Source of the DNA: an uncultured Thermococci archaeon
GTDB taxonomy: Archaea; Methanobacteriota_B; Thermococci; Thermococcales; Thermococcaceae
Assembly (NCBI GenBank): GCA_964487115.1
Contig: CAZAPD010000037.1
Coordinates: forward strand, 1 to 16,468
Direction: 5' to 3'
DNA: 16,468 nt
Part shown: piece by piece, positions 15,988 through 16,468 of the stretch
How the letters are laid out: each line of letters opens with the position of its first letter
Position numbering within the stretch: position 1 is the stretch's first letter
Program-made: the position numbers and the translations under genes
The notes under the pieces: generated by a model
What the model was told of the DNA's origin: nothing
The model's database searches: none
Seen by the model: the letters and a program-made list of their open reading frames with translations, nothing else

Positions 15988-16468
15988 ATGACAACATACG
16001 GATTGTGGTATTTCAAGTTTCAAAACGGGGAATACGGGACATTTATTAGCATGGGGGACATTTTCAGAACTGAAGGAGAGGGGGTTCACCTATGCAGTTG
16101 CTGTAAATTCTCCACGATATGAAGATATCCCTGAGAGTGGAAATTTGTATCGGAATGGATATCATGATGGAGAATACTTTGGAAGATGGTTAGATCCACA
16201 TCTGGCTGGAATAGATTATTTAGTTGTGATCCCTGTGTTATCCCAATGGTCTCCTTACACAAATGGCACCATAAATCTGGATGGAACGGATATTAAAAGA
16301 ATCTGGCGATACTTTAACTATATCTTTGTTCAACCAAATTATTACCAAACATGCACTCGAAAGGGTACCACAGGCAATACTTACTCATTTTCTGAACTGG
16401 TCGAGGTTTTGAATTGGATATGGGATGCTACTCCAAATACTTACATTACATTAGAAGCTGATAGATCT
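15988..16468 (+). pseudogene. Frameshifted DUF4855-like gene (runs off window end)
   Basis: Frame 1 from ATG 15988 (MTTYGLWYFKF…) stops at 16122. Frame 2 is open from 15992 to the window end (…GTFSELKERGFTYAV…NGYHDG…YFNYIFVQPNYYQ…YITLEADRS). F.Y.F.QPNYY and the later E.D are motifs I associate with DUF4855. Confidence 0.6.

Noticed and set aside
1..16468. CRISPR arrays, tRNA/rRNA, C/D box sRNAs, IS elements
   Set aside because: By eye, no periodic repeats, GC-rich structured RNA, intergenic C/D box pairs, transposase or terminal inverted repeats were found.

Overview
Archaeal chromosomal window, most consistent with Thermococcales (histone, TFB, Gar1, S17e, form III RuBisCO, GGTGA-type RBSs, BRE/TATA promoters). 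The left part (1-6691) is a sugar-utilisation region: the 3' end of a MalK-type ABC ATPase, then an apparent operon of sugar-binding lipoprotein, two permeases, an L-fucose-isomerase-family protein and an amylo-alpha-1,6-glucosidase-like glycosidase. The rest is largely a housekeeping block (DUF371, rps17e, ArsR-family regulator, rbcL, histone, metallophosphoesterase, tfb, gar1, ribokinase-family kinase) whose order I recall as conserved in Thermococcales. It is interrupted by a two-gene cassette between DUF371 and rps17e (probable divergent restriction endonuclease plus gamma-class N6-adenine methyltransferase) and by a thymidine kinase next to rbcL. The window ends in a frameshifted, probably internally deleted DUF4855-like gene that the ORF track mostly misses. 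The best leads are the R-M cassette (atypical nuclease motif, PIP-box-like methyltransferase tail, degenerate flanking repeats), the uncharacterised transporter-isomerase-glycosidase pathway, the extreme A/C third-position bias of the malK tail, and the terminal pseudogene. Family assignments rest on motif recognition and memory; no searches were run.
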